Shown one piece after another: positions 26,466 to 36,276 of a stretch of DNA of 64,000 bases. Every line of letters starts with the position of its first letter. Position 1 is the first letter of the stretch. The position numbers and the translations under genes were made by a program. The DNA comes from a phage. The notes beneath the pieces were generated by a model, which saw only the letters and a list, made by a program, of their open reading frames with translations, did not search any database and was not told the origin of the DNA. The stretch is from assembly GCA_029742005.1 (NCBI GenBank), contig GCA_029742005.1_4113.1; one strand, written 5' to 3'.

Positions 26466-26806
26466 GTAGATTTTCAGTTTATATAGTAAACGTCAGTAAA
26501 GATGGTAGTTTAATTGAATTTGATGTAGTTGATAACAATGATAATTCATATGGTATTAAGGTACAGGACAATGATGTACAGTTCAGTACAAGGACAAATT
26601 TTGAGAATCCAGTCCAAGTTCCGAATTTCATAGAAGATGAAGCTGCACGATTCCAATACGAAACGGCCTTTGATAATTTAGCGATGCATATTATTATGCA
26701 AGAAAGTTTAGTTCAATTGCTTCAGGTATTCAGACAAAATATATATGTACATGAAGTGTCGATTAATGGCATTCAAAGTTCCGTTTTGTTCGGTACAAAT
26801 ATGTAA
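26462..26806 (+). CDS. fam2 protein
   Basis: ORF track; motif DEAARFQYETAFD. Confidence 0.55.
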   Translation: MSRFSVYIVNVSKDGSLIEFDVVDNNDNSYGIKVQDNDVQFSTRTNFENPVQVPNFIEDEAARFQYETAFDNLAMHIIMQESLVQLLQVFRQNIYVHEVSINGIQSSVLFGTNM

Positions 26807-26816
26807 GGAAAGTACA

Positions 26817-27371
26817 ATGAGTTCAATGAGTTTATTAGATACATTAGAAAAAGACAGAAGTGCCATTAAGAGATTAAAAAATCTTGTCCAGAGCATTGCG
26901 AACAACGCTGAGAAGTTCAGTGACAATCTTAGTATAGGTGATATAACCAGTACAGGAATAAAATCCCTGAAGTCAGATTTATTAATTCATAAGGAAGATA
27001 AATTATTATTTGTATTGAGTTCAGATTTAATGGTTGCAAGTAATGGTTTCAATTCGATATCAACACAAGATGGTAGCACAGGATTATATCTATCACAGGG
27101 TGTCCAGACGAACGAACAGAAGTGTTTTAGTTCAGGAGTACAGAATCCCTTTAAGTTCAGTACAGAACAAGCTACAGAGCTTTTAGAGGCTTCAGAAGAG
27201 ATGTTATTTCAGTACAAAACGGTTCATACAGATTTTGAATTACGATGCATGTACGCTGTTAAGCATTATGTTCAGGAGTTCGAGGATTTAAGTTATCTTT
27301 TAGTTCGAACGAATACAAAGAACATTGGTGCATTAGAAGATTACATTTCAAAAGTTGTTAAAGGTTGTTAA
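26817..27371 (+). CDS. fam2 protein
   Basis: track frame 26745..27371; start moved to ATG 26817 behind RBS AAGGAAAG; motif EEMLFQYKTVH. Confidence 0.6.
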   Translation: MSSMSLLDTLEKDRSAIKRLKNLVQSIANNAEKFSDNLSIGDITSTGIKSLKSDLLIHKEDKLLFVLSSDLMVASNGFNSISTQDGSTGLYLSQGVQTNEQKCFSSGVQNPFKFSTEQATELLEASEEMLFQYKTVHTDFELRCMYAVKHYVQEFEDLSYLLVRTNTKNIGALEDYISKVVKGC

Positions 27372-27380
27372 AGGGTGCTG

Positions 27381-27542
27381 ATGAAAGAGTTATTTGAAGA
27401 ACAGTTCGATACATATGTGGATAATATTCTTTATTCTAGCCGTGCTAGTCAACGAGGAAATCGTGCTTACAACATAGATTACCTATTAACGGTGCTGAGT
27501 TCACAGTACACCTACGCTGTACAGAGGACATATTATGAATAA
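27381..27542 (+). CDS. small hypothetical protein (53 aa)
   Basis: hand-called; below track cutoff. Confidence 0.35.
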   Translation: MKELFEEQFDTYVDNILYSSRASQRGNRAYNIDYLLTVLSSQYTYAVQRTYYE

Positions 27543-27738
27543 TTTTAGAGATGTTGCAAAGGAGAAGTTCAAGTGCAGTTTAGATTACGGTTTAAATGAT
27601 TTTCTTACATGCACAATGTACAGGAATGATGATTATGAGCAATCCGTAATTTCGTTGCACAGATATTTCGAAATAATTTACGCAAGATATCTTAGAAGGT
27701 TAGAGGGAATAGGGGATTGGAATTATGATTACGTTTGA
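27535..27738 (+). CDS. hypothetical small protein
   Basis: ORF track. Confidence 0.45.
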   Translation: MNNFRDVAKEKFKCSLDYGLNDFLTCTMYRNDDYEQSVISLHRYFEIIYARYLRRLEGIGDWNYDYV

Positions 27739-27949
27739 AGAGCCGGAAGTGGTATATTGCTTTAGTGTGAAAGGTTTTGAATACATGATGGATTCGATTT
27801 TGAAGGATACATATTTGGTTCAGATTGCAGTTACAGATAATACAGATAATGCATTACAGCGTGTAATGAATATGTACGAGAAGACAAGTCGAAGGCTTTG
27901 TGCAATGAAAAGGATTGAAGAAATCAAGGTTTCTAGGCTGAATAAATAG
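27725..27949 (+). CDS. hypothetical small protein
   Basis: ORF track. Confidence 0.45.
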   Translation: MITFEEPEVVYCFSVKGFEYMMDSILKDTYLVQIAVTDNTDNALQRVMNMYEKTSRRLCAMKRIEEIKVSRLNK

Positions 27950-28147
27950 AGACGTTTCATTTTGACAGGCCGCAGGGGGGTCAAAAAAATTTCCGCTGAA
28001 AAACATGCTAAGGTATATGTTTAATATAAAGTTTTATATTGTGTTTTTCAGAGTACAGTTCATGTTTCCTGAAACAAAAAAAATACCCCGCCACCGAACG
28101 TGCTCCTTATATTGGAGTTTACCTTATTAATTATAGTAGAGATTAAG

Positions 28148-28525
28148 ATGGAAATAAAATATAATGAATTTTGTGCAAGGACATGGATGTACACTGGTGA
28201 GTTAGTTACGCACTCTAACTTATACAAGGGTGATTTAAACTACGCTAGGGACAAGATTTTAAAGTACTGGAATGCTGACTTTTATTTGATGGATTTTAGT
28301 ACTGGGTTTAGGGGTAAAGCAACCGAGATGTTGGACTATACAGTACTTGATGATGCTGCACTGTTTCAGGAGGCATTAGTATTTGATAAGAAGTACATCT
28401 GTACATTAGAAGAGATGATTGAATTACAGCGTAGAATTAAATGTATTCACAGGGAATGTATAGATATCTGGTGCAGTACTGGTGAAGTTGATTTTTGTAA
28501 TCATTTCAATCTAGGGGAAGTGTGA
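28148..28525 (+). CDS. fam2 protein (triplet copy 1)
   Basis: track frame 28100..28525; start moved to ATG 28148; motif DAALFQEALVFDKKYICTLEE. Confidence 0.6.
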   Translation: MEIKYNEFCARTWMYTGELVTHSNLYKGDLNYARDKILKYWNADFYLMDFSTGFRGKATEMLDYTVLDDAALFQEALVFDKKYICTLEEMIELQRRIKCIHRECIDIWCSTGEVDFCNHFNLGEV

Positions 28526-28881
28526 TGGAATTTGATTTTTTAATATCAGTACATTCTTTTAAGCACAGTTTTCAGTACTTTTGTAATTTAAACAAAGGTG
28601 ATTTAATGCACAGTGCGAATGAGTATATTCATTTTACTGATGGTAAATTCTCATTTATTGATTACAGTTCATTAGATTTTCCATACACTGATATGCCGGA
28701 CTATACATTGATGGATGCTGGTGAACTATTTCAAGCTGCATTAGTATTTGACAAGAAGTACATCTGTACATTTGAAGAAGTAATTACTATACAAAATGAA
28801 ATGAAGGTGTATGCATCGTTGAATAAACCTAATGAATGTATTAATCAAGAATACAAATTCAATATAGGAATTCCAAAATGA
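28522..28881 (+). CDS. fam2 protein (triplet copy 2)
   Basis: ORF track; motif GELFQAALVFDKKYICTFEE. Confidence 0.6.
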   Translation: MMEFDFLISVHSFKHSFQYFCNLNKGDLMHSANEYIHFTDGKFSFIDYSSLDFPYTDMPDYTLMDAGELFQAALVFDKKYICTFEEVITIQNEMKVYASLNKPNECINQEYKFNIGIPK

Positions 28882-29237
28882 CATATGATTATTCTATGTA
28901 CTATTATAAGTTACCTAAAGGATGGGACTTGTGCTGTAATCTTATTAAGGGAGACTCGGAACATGAGTTGAGTTTATATATGCACTACAAAGATTCTTGT
29001 TTTAAATTTATTCATGTATTACATGATGGCTATGACTATGAATCTGAGAGTCTTATAGATTATACAGTACTGGACGATGGTGAACTATTTCAGGAAGCAT
29101 TAGTGTTTGATAAGAATAAGTACTCCTGTACATTTGAAGAAATGGTTTCTTTGCAAAATGAAATGAAGAGATTTGAAAAAGAAAACGTATTTAATCCATC
29201 CCCATCAAGAACGAATAATTATTATTTCAATATATGA
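28878..29237 (+). CDS. fam2 protein (triplet copy 3)
   Basis: ORF track; motif GELFQEALVFDKNKYSCTFEE. Confidence 0.6.
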   Translation: MTYDYSMYYYKLPKGWDLCCNLIKGDSEHELSLYMHYKDSCFKFIHVLHDGYDYESESLIDYTVLDDGELFQEALVFDKNKYSCTFEEMVSLQNEMKRFEKENVFNPSPSRTNNYYFNI

Positions 29238-29246
29238 GATTATAAA

Positions 29247-29741
29247 ATGACATTACAGAGTTCATTGGAAAAAGCAAAGAAGATTCATGAGTACATGAAT
29301 ATGGCAAAAGAAGGTTCAGTTTACGGTGTTTTCAAAGACACAAGTACTCAATATTATGTGCCAGATAACCTCCTTTATAATGACTGCTCAGATACAGAAA
29401 CGTGCGTACTGGATACAGAAACGTGCATACTAGATACCGACCCTAATGATTATGAATGTTTCATTGATATGCATAATGAGTACATGGTCTATATTAATGA
29501 TGCAGATATTACCATATACAGTACTGACTGCGATTCCGATGACATTATAATTCCGAGTGAAGTACTAGAAGGTCAGTGGGATAGTGAAGAGTATTACTTC
29601 CAACAAAGTACTGTTTACGATGATGAAGTACTTGAAGTATTAGTTATTATGTGGTACTTTAAAAGTATTGGTTCTGGGAACTTCTATTTCGATTACAGAT
29701 ACGTAACGAAAACTGTAGATAACGGTATTAACAGGGGTTGA
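29247..29741 (+). CDS. fam2 protein (MSLxxALE subgroup)
   Basis: ORF track; motif SEEYYFQQSTVYDDEVLEVLVIMWYFKS. Confidence 0.65.
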   Translation: MTLQSSLEKAKKIHEYMNMAKEGSVYGVFKDTSTQYYVPDNLLYNDCSDTETCVLDTETCILDTDPNDYECFIDMHNEYMVYINDADITIYSTDCDSDDIIIPSEVLEGQWDSEEYYFQQSTVYDDEVLEVLVIMWYFKSIGSGNFYFDYRYVTKTVDNGINRG

Positions 29742-29742
29742 A

Positions 29743-30213
29743 ATGAGTTTAGAAAGAGCATTAGAGATTGCGAAGTTAATTGATTTATGCAGCAAAGAAA
29801 TTGTATCAAATTGTCTCAATGGATATCTATTCAAGGAAGGTAAATCATATTGTCGAATGATATACGATGACAGTAGTGAATATATCCATATGTATGAAGA
29901 AAACTTAGATGATTCTGACATAGTACTCACAGGATGTGATGTTAATTTGGAAGATAATTACATGTACTTCTGCCGTGATGCTGATATTTTAATCCAAGAT
30001 TCATTAATTCAAACAGGTGCACCAGAGGTATATCTTCCGTATTCAGTACTGGATAATAACTGGGGTAGTGAAGATTACTATTTCCAGCAGAGTACTATAT
30101 ATAATGAAGATATACTTGACAAACTTGTTATTTCGTGGTACTTTCATAACACGGATTATAGTAGCTTCTACATAGACTTGGATCTACTAAGAGTACTTAA
30201 AGAGGATATATGA
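29743..30213 (+). CDS. fam2 protein (MSLxxALE subgroup)
   Basis: ORF track; motif SEDYYFQQSTIYNEDILDKLVISWYF. Confidence 0.65.
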   Translation: MSLERALEIAKLIDLCSKEIVSNCLNGYLFKEGKSYCRMIYDDSSEYIHMYEENLDDSDIVLTGCDVNLEDNYMYFCRDADILIQDSLIQTGAPEVYLPYSVLDNNWGSEDYYFQQSTIYNEDILDKLVISWYFHNTDYSSFYIDLDLLRVLKEDI

Positions 30214-30650
30214 GTTTAGAAAGAGCACTAGAACTAGCCAACAAAATACATCAGTACTACGATAAAATAAAAAGTGGGTTCTATGGTGATAAAGTACATG
30301 CATATGGGAATGAATATTACCTCACAGGAGTAAAGAGATACTCTAATGATATTTTACTTATGGGTCATGATAAAGACTATACTATACAGTACTCTTCATG
30401 TAGTCAATATACTAGTTTTATGGTATATATTCCTGGTACTAAGATTACTTTTGACACATCAAATACACCTGTTGACTTTGAAGTGTTGGAAGGACCGTGG
30501 GGTACTGAAGAATATTACTTCCAACAGAGTCTCATTTTTAACCAAGAAATGCTTGATTCCTTGGTTGTGTTGTGGTACTTTAAGGAATTGAATTTTGAAC
30601 CATTCTTTCTTGACTGGGGATCATGTGAGTATTTAATTTCAGGGGAATAA
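30210..30650 (+). CDS. fam2 protein (MSLxxALE subgroup)
   Basis: ORF track; motif TEEYYFQQSLIFNQEMLDSLVVLWYF. Confidence 0.65.
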   Translation: MSLERALELANKIHQYYDKIKSGFYGDKVHAYGNEYYLTGVKRYSNDILLMGHDKDYTIQYSSCSQYTSFMVYIPGTKITFDTSNTPVDFEVLEGPWGTEEYYFQQSLIFNQEMLDSLVVLWYFKELNFEPFFLDWGSCEYLISGE

Positions 30651-30652
30651 TA

Positions 30653-31141
30653 ATGTCATTACAAAGTGCATTGAAAGAAGCAAAGAAAATTCATGAGTTC
30701 ATGATTATGGTACAGGAAGGTTCAGTACCAGGTGTATACAAAACATCAGATACGGAATTCTTCGTTAAGGATAGAGATGATTATGACGATTCAGAGGTAT
30801 GTGCAGAAACATTAGTACTGCACACTGATACTGGTGACAGTGATAACTGTGAATATCATATGTACAATCAGTACATTAGTTATTGCCGTAATGAAGATAT
30901 TACCATCTACAACACAGATAGTGATGCTGATGACACTATCATTCCTTATTCAGTACTGGAAGGTCCGTGGGATAGTGAAGAATATTACTTCCAGAATAGT
31001 ACTATCTACAATGAAGAAGAACTGGATGTTATTGTGATTATGTGGTATTTCAAAAGTATTGACTCCAGTAGTTTCTATTTTGATTATGAATATGTAGAGA
31101 ATACAGTAGGAGAAGGTAATGTCATTACAAAGTGCTCTTGA
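30653..31141 (+). CDS. fam2 protein (MSLxxALE subgroup)
   Basis: ORF track; motif SEEYYFQNSTIYNEEELDVIVIMWYF. Confidence 0.65.
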   Translation: MSLQSALKEAKKIHEFMIMVQEGSVPGVYKTSDTEFFVKDRDDYDDSEVCAETLVLHTDTGDSDNCEYHMYNQYISYCRNEDITIYNTDSDADDTIIPYSVLEGPWDSEEYYFQNSTIYNEEELDVIVIMWYFKSIDSSSFYFDYEYVENTVGEGNVITKCS

Positions 31142-31571
31142 AAAAGCAAAAGAACTACATGGATACTTTGAAGATATAAAGGCCGGAAAGTTCAAAGAAG
31201 TGTACAAAGCCGAGAACGGTAACTACTACAAAGATGAAATGTATAATAACTCCGTTGGTGTAAGGGTTATTCTTGGGTTGAATTCCAATAGTCCTATATC
31301 GTTTTCTGAATACAATAGAGATGCAGAATTTATTAGTTATGTTGAAAATGGTAGCATTCGTTTTATTAATAGACAAAAACCATTAATTTTGAATTATGAA
31401 GTACTGGATGGACAGTGGAATAGTGAAGAGTATTACTTCCAAAACAGTACTGTATATGATGATGAAGTACTTGAAGCATTAGTTATTATGTGGTACTTCA
31501 AGAGTGTTAGCTGTCCTCGATTTTATTTGGATTTCGAAGATCTTCGTAAAGATCCAGAAGGTATAGAATGA
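31119..31571 (+). CDS. fam2 protein (MSLxxALE subgroup)
   Basis: ORF track; RBS GGAGAAGG; motif SEEYYFQNSTVYDDEVLEALVIMWYF. Confidence 0.65.
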   Translation: MSLQSALEKAKELHGYFEDIKAGKFKEVYKAENGNYYKDEMYNNSVGVRVILGLNSNSPISFSEYNRDAEFISYVENGSIRFINRQKPLILNYEVLDGQWNSEEYYFQNSTVYDDEVLEALVIMWYFKSVSCPRFYLDFEDLRKDPEGIE

Positions 31572-31882
31572 AAAACTTATTCAGTGTTCAGTACGTTCCT
31601 GGTGAAATTGGTTTATTGTATCTATTTGACCATGATAATTCATTATTACTAGTAGTGAAGAAATGCCAAGCTAGTTCGTTTGTTGAATACATTCACGATA
31701 GTGAATACATTCCTGATTTCCTAGAGTGTGATTATCACGATGAACATGAATCATTTATTTTTCAGGAATCACTCGTTTGGGATAAGTCTATTAACTTCTT
31801 TACGTTAATTGAATTACAAAAGCAGGTGAAGTATCATTGGGATTACTTAATTACACAGGATTACATTGAGATAGAAATATAA
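31568..31882 (+). CDS. fam2 protein
   Basis: ORF track; motif HESFIFQESLVWDK. Confidence 0.6.
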   Translation: MKNLFSVQYVPGEIGLLYLFDHDNSLLLVVKKCQASSFVEYIHDSEYIPDFLECDYHDEHESFIFQESLVWDKSINFFTLIELQKQVKYHWDYLITQDYIEIEI

Positions 31883-32190
31883 TGACTAAAAATGAATTTG
31901 ATTCACTTTGTACGGTTTATAATTCATTGACAGAAATACCTGACTTTATTAATTACATTTCAGCTTTAAATCAAATTATGCATAGTTTTGAACAATCGTT
32001 TGAAGAGAAATATGCAGGTAGAAAAGTTCTATGTCATATGTCAATGTACTTGGGAGATGGTGAGCCTTACACTACCAGTACTACATGTGAAATAAAAAAA
32101 TATAATATATTATTGGGCACAATAGAATTCACAGTATCCAATGGTGGTAGTTATATGTACTTTAGAGATGGAGTGGTTGAATTATTATGA
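31882..32190 (+). CDS. hypothetical protein (non-family)
   Basis: ORF track; no family motif. Confidence 0.5.
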   Translation: MTKNEFDSLCTVYNSLTEIPDFINYISALNQIMHSFEQSFEEKYAGRKVLCHMSMYLGDGEPYTTSTTCEIKKYNILLGTIEFTVSNGGSYMYFRDGVVELL

Positions 32191-32636
32191 GTTACGAAAG
32201 TGCAATCAAGAAAGCAAATGATATTCTAAAAGTTGTTCAGTTCTTCAAAGAAAATCCTGAATACTTAGCTGATGAAAACCATGATCACGATGAGAGATTG
32301 AGACGAAAAATTGTTTCTTTATTTGACACTAATGCAGATAATTATAGTCTAATTGAGTTAGCATACGATTATATTTCATTGAACCGAAACGGACATTTAG
32401 TTAATATAGAAAGACATGCGACTGAAGAATCTTTTAAAATTTCAGACATTTTATCCCTGAGTACTGAAGAAGGGTACTTCCAGGGTAGTACTGTTTATGA
32501 ACAAGGAACGCTTGACAATCTATGCACATTCAGTGTAATATATCAGAAATCAGTACTGGATGTATTTTATCTTGACACTGCTGAACTGGATACACTAATC
32601 AATTTTGTTACTACTGAAGAGGCCACATTCGAGTGA
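32187..32636 (+). CDS. fam2 protein
   Basis: ORF track; motif TEEGYFQGSTVYEQ. Confidence 0.6.
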   Translation: MSYESAIKKANDILKVVQFFKENPEYLADENHDHDERLRRKIVSLFDTNADNYSLIELAYDYISLNRNGHLVNIERHATEESFKISDILSLSTEEGYFQGSTVYEQGTLDNLCTFSVIYQKSVLDVFYLDTAELDTLINFVTTEEATFE

Positions 32637-33169
32637 TGAAAGTTAACATCAATGACTTTGATGCATTACAAGATTTATCAAAAAAGATTCGTATCATCGT
32701 ACCAGTACTAAAAAAATGCAGTACTGGTTTAATTGATCCTAGTACTGTTGTTAATGAGAAGTACAATTTTCATCGTGTATTACAGGGTACAGGTGCATTT
32801 CAGAAGTGTGATGTACGTGAGAAACACGTAATTGATACATCATTGTTTTCTATTGGTGCACCTGTGTCGAATAATTCTATTTTCTTGGATAACGCAGGAA
32901 ATATTCAACAATTAACATTTAAGAAAAGGAAAAAGAACAATAACATTGGTGTGTACGCGATGAAGTGGGGGAAACCTGATTTGAAGCGTGAAATTCACAT
33001 CCCTAAGTACAATTACAATGCATTTGACGAACAGTGTTTTCAACTATCGTGTACTGACCCTGACTATGCAATCATTCAGTTCTATATGGAATTGCAGATA
33101 GCATTTAATAGTAATTTGTATATTAACTTATTGGCGATGAACATCGATGAAGTATTCAAAAACATTTAA
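32633..33169 (+). CDS. fam2-like protein
   Basis: ORF track; motif FDEQCFQLSCTDPD. Confidence 0.55.
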   Translation: MMKVNINDFDALQDLSKKIRIIVPVLKKCSTGLIDPSTVVNEKYNFHRVLQGTGAFQKCDVREKHVIDTSLFSIGAPVSNNSIFLDNAGNIQQLTFKKRKKNNNIGVYAMKWGKPDLKREIHIPKYNYNAFDEQCFQLSCTDPDYAIIQFYMELQIAFNSNLYINLLAMNIDEVFKNI

Positions 33170-33365
33170 TCGAATTGAATACATGAGAACTGTGAGTGCA
33201 GTGTGGGATATATGGTTCACTACTAAACCAAAAATGGATTACCATGACTTTAAGCTATTGTTCTTCATTGGCTCTAACAAACAGGATGTTGCAATGAAGG
33301 GTTATATTCAGCACTTACAGGAACTAATACAGAAGAGGGTTAATGAAAATAATAGACCAAGATGA
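33147..33365 (+). CDS. fam1-like small protein inside the fam2 array
   Basis: ORF track; motif FIGSNKQDVA. Confidence 0.5.
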   Translation: MKYSKTFNRIEYMRTVSAVWDIWFTTKPKMDYHDFKLLFFIGSNKQDVAMKGYIQHLQELIQKRVNENNRPR

Positions 33366-33534
33366 TATTGCTAAACTATTCAATATATATTCTACTAGAA
33401 TGATGCAAACAGACTCATATAGTACTGAATTCAAAGAGTTGAAAGTACTGATGTACTTGGGAACCCAATATCAGGAACAAGTTATTTTGGAATATATTAA
33501 TTCGTTGAAGAAGGATATCCGTTATGTACGATGA
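33343..33534 (+). CDS. fam1 small protein inside the fam2 array
   Basis: ORF track; RBS AGAGGG; motif YLGTQYQEQV. Confidence 0.55.
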   Translation: MKIIDQDDIAKLFNIYSTRMMQTDSYSTEFKELKVLMYLGTQYQEQVILEYINSLKKDIRYVR

Positions 33535-34084
33535 TTTAGATCTTGCGTTTGAACGTATGGTAATTTTAATGCAATGTGCAGAAATGCATGAAACAATCCG
33601 TCGCACCAAAGGGATTGAATATACAAGTAAACTATTCTCATACGAAAGTCGTCGAGGGATGGATCATTTTTACTGCACTGATTGTTCAAAGTTTTCAGTA
33701 CTGAAATATTATCATCCTACTGTTTCCAATAATAGTTTAATATCCACATATGACGGTGATCTGTTTAGTGTAATGTATGACACATTACATCCATCAATTT
33801 CAATCTATAAAGATTGCGATAGTAGTTTATCGTATATAATTGAAGATTACTTATCTCCTAATACTGAAGAGAATATTTTTCAGAACAGTGTGTTGCATGA
33901 TGAATTAAGTATAAAATGCATCTATATGTTCAATAAGTTAAAAGAGTACGCCGATAATAATTACTTCATTGATGATTTAGCGGTATTGTCTGTTTCCGTT
34001 TTTAATACAAATGATATTGATATGAAATACTATAATGAGATTTGTAAAGTACATCATATGTATAAGGAACTATTATGTCAATAA
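33524..34084 (+). CDS. fam2 protein
   Basis: ORF track; motif EENIFQNSVLHDE. Confidence 0.6.
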   Translation: MYDDLDLAFERMVILMQCAEMHETIRRTKGIEYTSKLFSYESRRGMDHFYCTDCSKFSVLKYYHPTVSNNSLISTYDGDLFSVMYDTLHPSISIYKDCDSSLSYIIEDYLSPNTEENIFQNSVLHDELSIKCIYMFNKLKEYADNNYFIDDLAVLSVSVFNTNDIDMKYYNEICKVHHMYKELLCQ

Positions 34085-34677
34085 ATGCAAATAAATGTTG
34101 TAGTGCAAATGTGCATTTGTTTTTTAAGAAATTAGCAAATGATATTATATATATGCAGGAAATGATTTATCACAAACGAGCGGATTTAGAAAAAGCATTA
34201 GTACAGTTCTCATTTATGCTTGATGGTGATATATTTCTAGAGAGTGATGCATTGCGAATAGTATTAGACAAAAATGCTAAAAGATTTTTATTTCATATAG
34301 ATAATAAATTATGTTCCTCCGTATGTCGTACTTTTTATAATCGTGATTCGGACTTATATCAATTCCTTTATTCCAAAGGTGCAGTAGAAGCATCATATGG
34401 TGATGGTTATGCCCTAGGAAAGAGTATTCCATTTATGAAATCATTTAAAATAGAACACATCAGTACTGATGAAGATGCAATGTTCACAAATGATATAACT
34501 ATGGGACGTGAAGATGCAATGCGATATATTACAAATTCTATGCATACATTCTTTCAACGAACAGAATTTGATAATGTATATATATCAAATGTAAATATTT
34601 TCAATGACCTGTGTCAGTACTTGAGAAGTGTTTGTGACTTCGATGAAAGTTATTGTAAGCTATACACTGAGGTATAA
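34075..34677 (+). CDS. fam2-like protein (divergent motif)
   Basis: ORF track; RBS AAGGAA; motif DEDAMFTNDIT. Confidence 0.5.
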   Translation: MSINANKCCSANVHLFFKKLANDIIYMQEMIYHKRADLEKALVQFSFMLDGDIFLESDALRIVLDKNAKRFLFHIDNKLCSSVCRTFYNRDSDLYQFLYSKGAVEASYGDGYALGKSIPFMKSFKIEHISTDEDAMFTNDITMGREDAMRYITNSMHTFFQRTEFDNVYISNVNIFNDLCQYLRSVCDFDESYCKLYTEV

Positions 34678-34682
34678 AACAA

Positions 34683-35045
34683 ATGAACACATTAAGTATT
34701 ACATACTATACAACTAAAAAATTAGTTACTTGTTTAATATCTTTGAAGACAAACCATGATGATATGTTTGATATGGCTGCATATGAATTAGAATTATCAG
34801 AAGATGGCTTCAAGAGCTATGAATTATATAGCTATGTCCGTGAAGATGTAATTGACACTACACTAATGCAAGAGGATGAGTTATTCCAAGAAAGTTTAGT
34901 ATGGGATAATAAGTACGATTGTAACTTTGATTTCTTATGTTTAATCCAGAAAGAAATGAAAAGAATCTTTGATAATTATCCAATCAAACGTTTCAGTACT
35001 GCACCTGAGCAATATAAAAGGATTATATTCACCTATGAAGATTGA
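34683..35045 (+). CDS. fam2 protein
   Basis: ORF track; RBS GAGGT; motif EDELFQESLVWDN. Confidence 0.6.
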   Translation: MNTLSITYYTTKKLVTCLISLKTNHDDMFDMAAYELELSEDGFKSYELYSYVREDVIDTTLMQEDELFQESLVWDNKYDCNFDFLCLIQKEMKRIFDNYPIKRFSTAPEQYKRIIFTYED

Positions 35046-35412
35046 ATTTGAAGTTATTACATATAGTATAGGTGATGGTATCCGTTGCTATGTACAAGCA
35101 AGGCATATGGTTCCTGATGATAAACTGTCACCCAAAAGCTTCTGTATCACACAAGATCTCTTAGATATCAACGGAGAGTACAAGTACATATATTATCTTA
35201 CTAAGGGTTATTGTAGTACACGTGGTTTTAATATTGTAGCTGTTTCTAGAGATGAAATTGATGATTTAACTGAGTACGGGGAAGAAGAGATGTTCCAGTA
35301 CAGTACTGTTTTTAATGAACTGGATGTGTTTCTGTTACGAAAAATACAACACATTATGCAAGAATGTTTGCATCATAAGAGAGGTATTGTATGCGACGTG
35401 AATCTGAATTAG
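35035..35412 (+). CDS. fam2 protein
   Basis: track frame 34969..35412; start moved to ATG 35035; motif EEEMFQYSTVFNE. Confidence 0.55.
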   Translation: MKIEFEVITYSIGDGIRCYVQARHMVPDDKLSPKSFCITQDLLDINGEYKYIYYLTKGYCSTRGFNIVAVSRDEIDDLTEYGEEEMFQYSTVFNELDVFLLRKIQHIMQECLHHKRGIVCDVNLN

Positions 35413-35732
35413 TTAAAGTAATGTACGCTACTCATATTAAACTACTACTTGTTAAATTTGATTATAATAAAAAACATAATGATTTCTATACTTTAATTCG
35501 TGATGAAAATACATTCTCCTTGCGATGCAACAATATACCCTTGAAGATAAATGATTTTACTTCACTTGACGAGGGGGAATTATTTCAAGAATCATTAGTT
35601 TTTAATAGTAATATAAAAATTGATATAGAAGTTATTAAAAAATACCAGATTCTATTGAACAAAATTATGAATTGTTATCCATGTGAAATAGGTGGTCATA
35701 TGCAGTTCAAATCAAAAATGTATGAATTATGA
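35391..35732 (+). CDS. fam2 protein
   Basis: ORF track; RBS GAGAGG; motif DEGELFQESLVFN. Confidence 0.6.
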   Translation: MRRESELVKVMYATHIKLLLVKFDYNKKHNDFYTLIRDENTFSLRCNNIPLKINDFTSLDEGELFQESLVFNSNIKIDIEVIKKYQILLNKIMNCYPCEIGGHMQFKSKMYEL

Positions 35733-35739
35733 GGTTTAT

Positions 35740-36276
35740 ATGTTAGATAAAAAAATGAACTCTGGAACCCAATATAATCATCTTAAGTTGGATACATTCG
35801 AATCAGCTATCAGTACAGCACAAGATATAATTGATATTATCAAGTTCATTAAAAAAGATAAGTTCAAATGTTTGAAAATACTAAATCGTTCAATGTACCG
35901 TGATAAAAATATTCATGTATCAGTACGTAGACCGAAAGATCAAGAAAGTGGGAGAGATTTCTATAACAACAGTGAGCAGTTCGAATGTGAATATGATCCA
36001 GAATTTAGAGGTGGTTTCATGTGTTACAGTATGAAGGATACCTCACACATTGAGATACGTTCATCGAAAGGTGGCATACGTACATTAGAGTTTATTGATA
36101 TAGTTTTAAATCAGGAATACTACTTTCAACTATCATTATTGTTTCCTGCATACGATTTAGGAGTTCTATTCATGTATAAGTACTTTCATGAGCACTGGAA
36201 TGAAGACTTCTATCTGGACTTAGAAGATTACCAATTAGTTTGGGAAGAAATGGTAGAACTTCGCAACCACTCTTGA
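35740..36276 (+). CDS. fam2 protein
   Basis: track frame 35692..36276; start moved to ATG 35740 behind RBS GAGG; motif NQEYYFQLSLLFP. Confidence 0.6.
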   Translation: MLDKKMNSGTQYNHLKLDTFESAISTAQDIIDIIKFIKKDKFKCLKILNRSMYRDKNIHVSVRRPKDQESGRDFYNNSEQFECEYDPEFRGGFMCYSMKDTSHIEIRSSKGGIRTLEFIDIVLNQEYYFQLSLLFPAYDLGVLFMYKYFHEHWNEDFYLDLEDYQLVWEEMVELRNHS

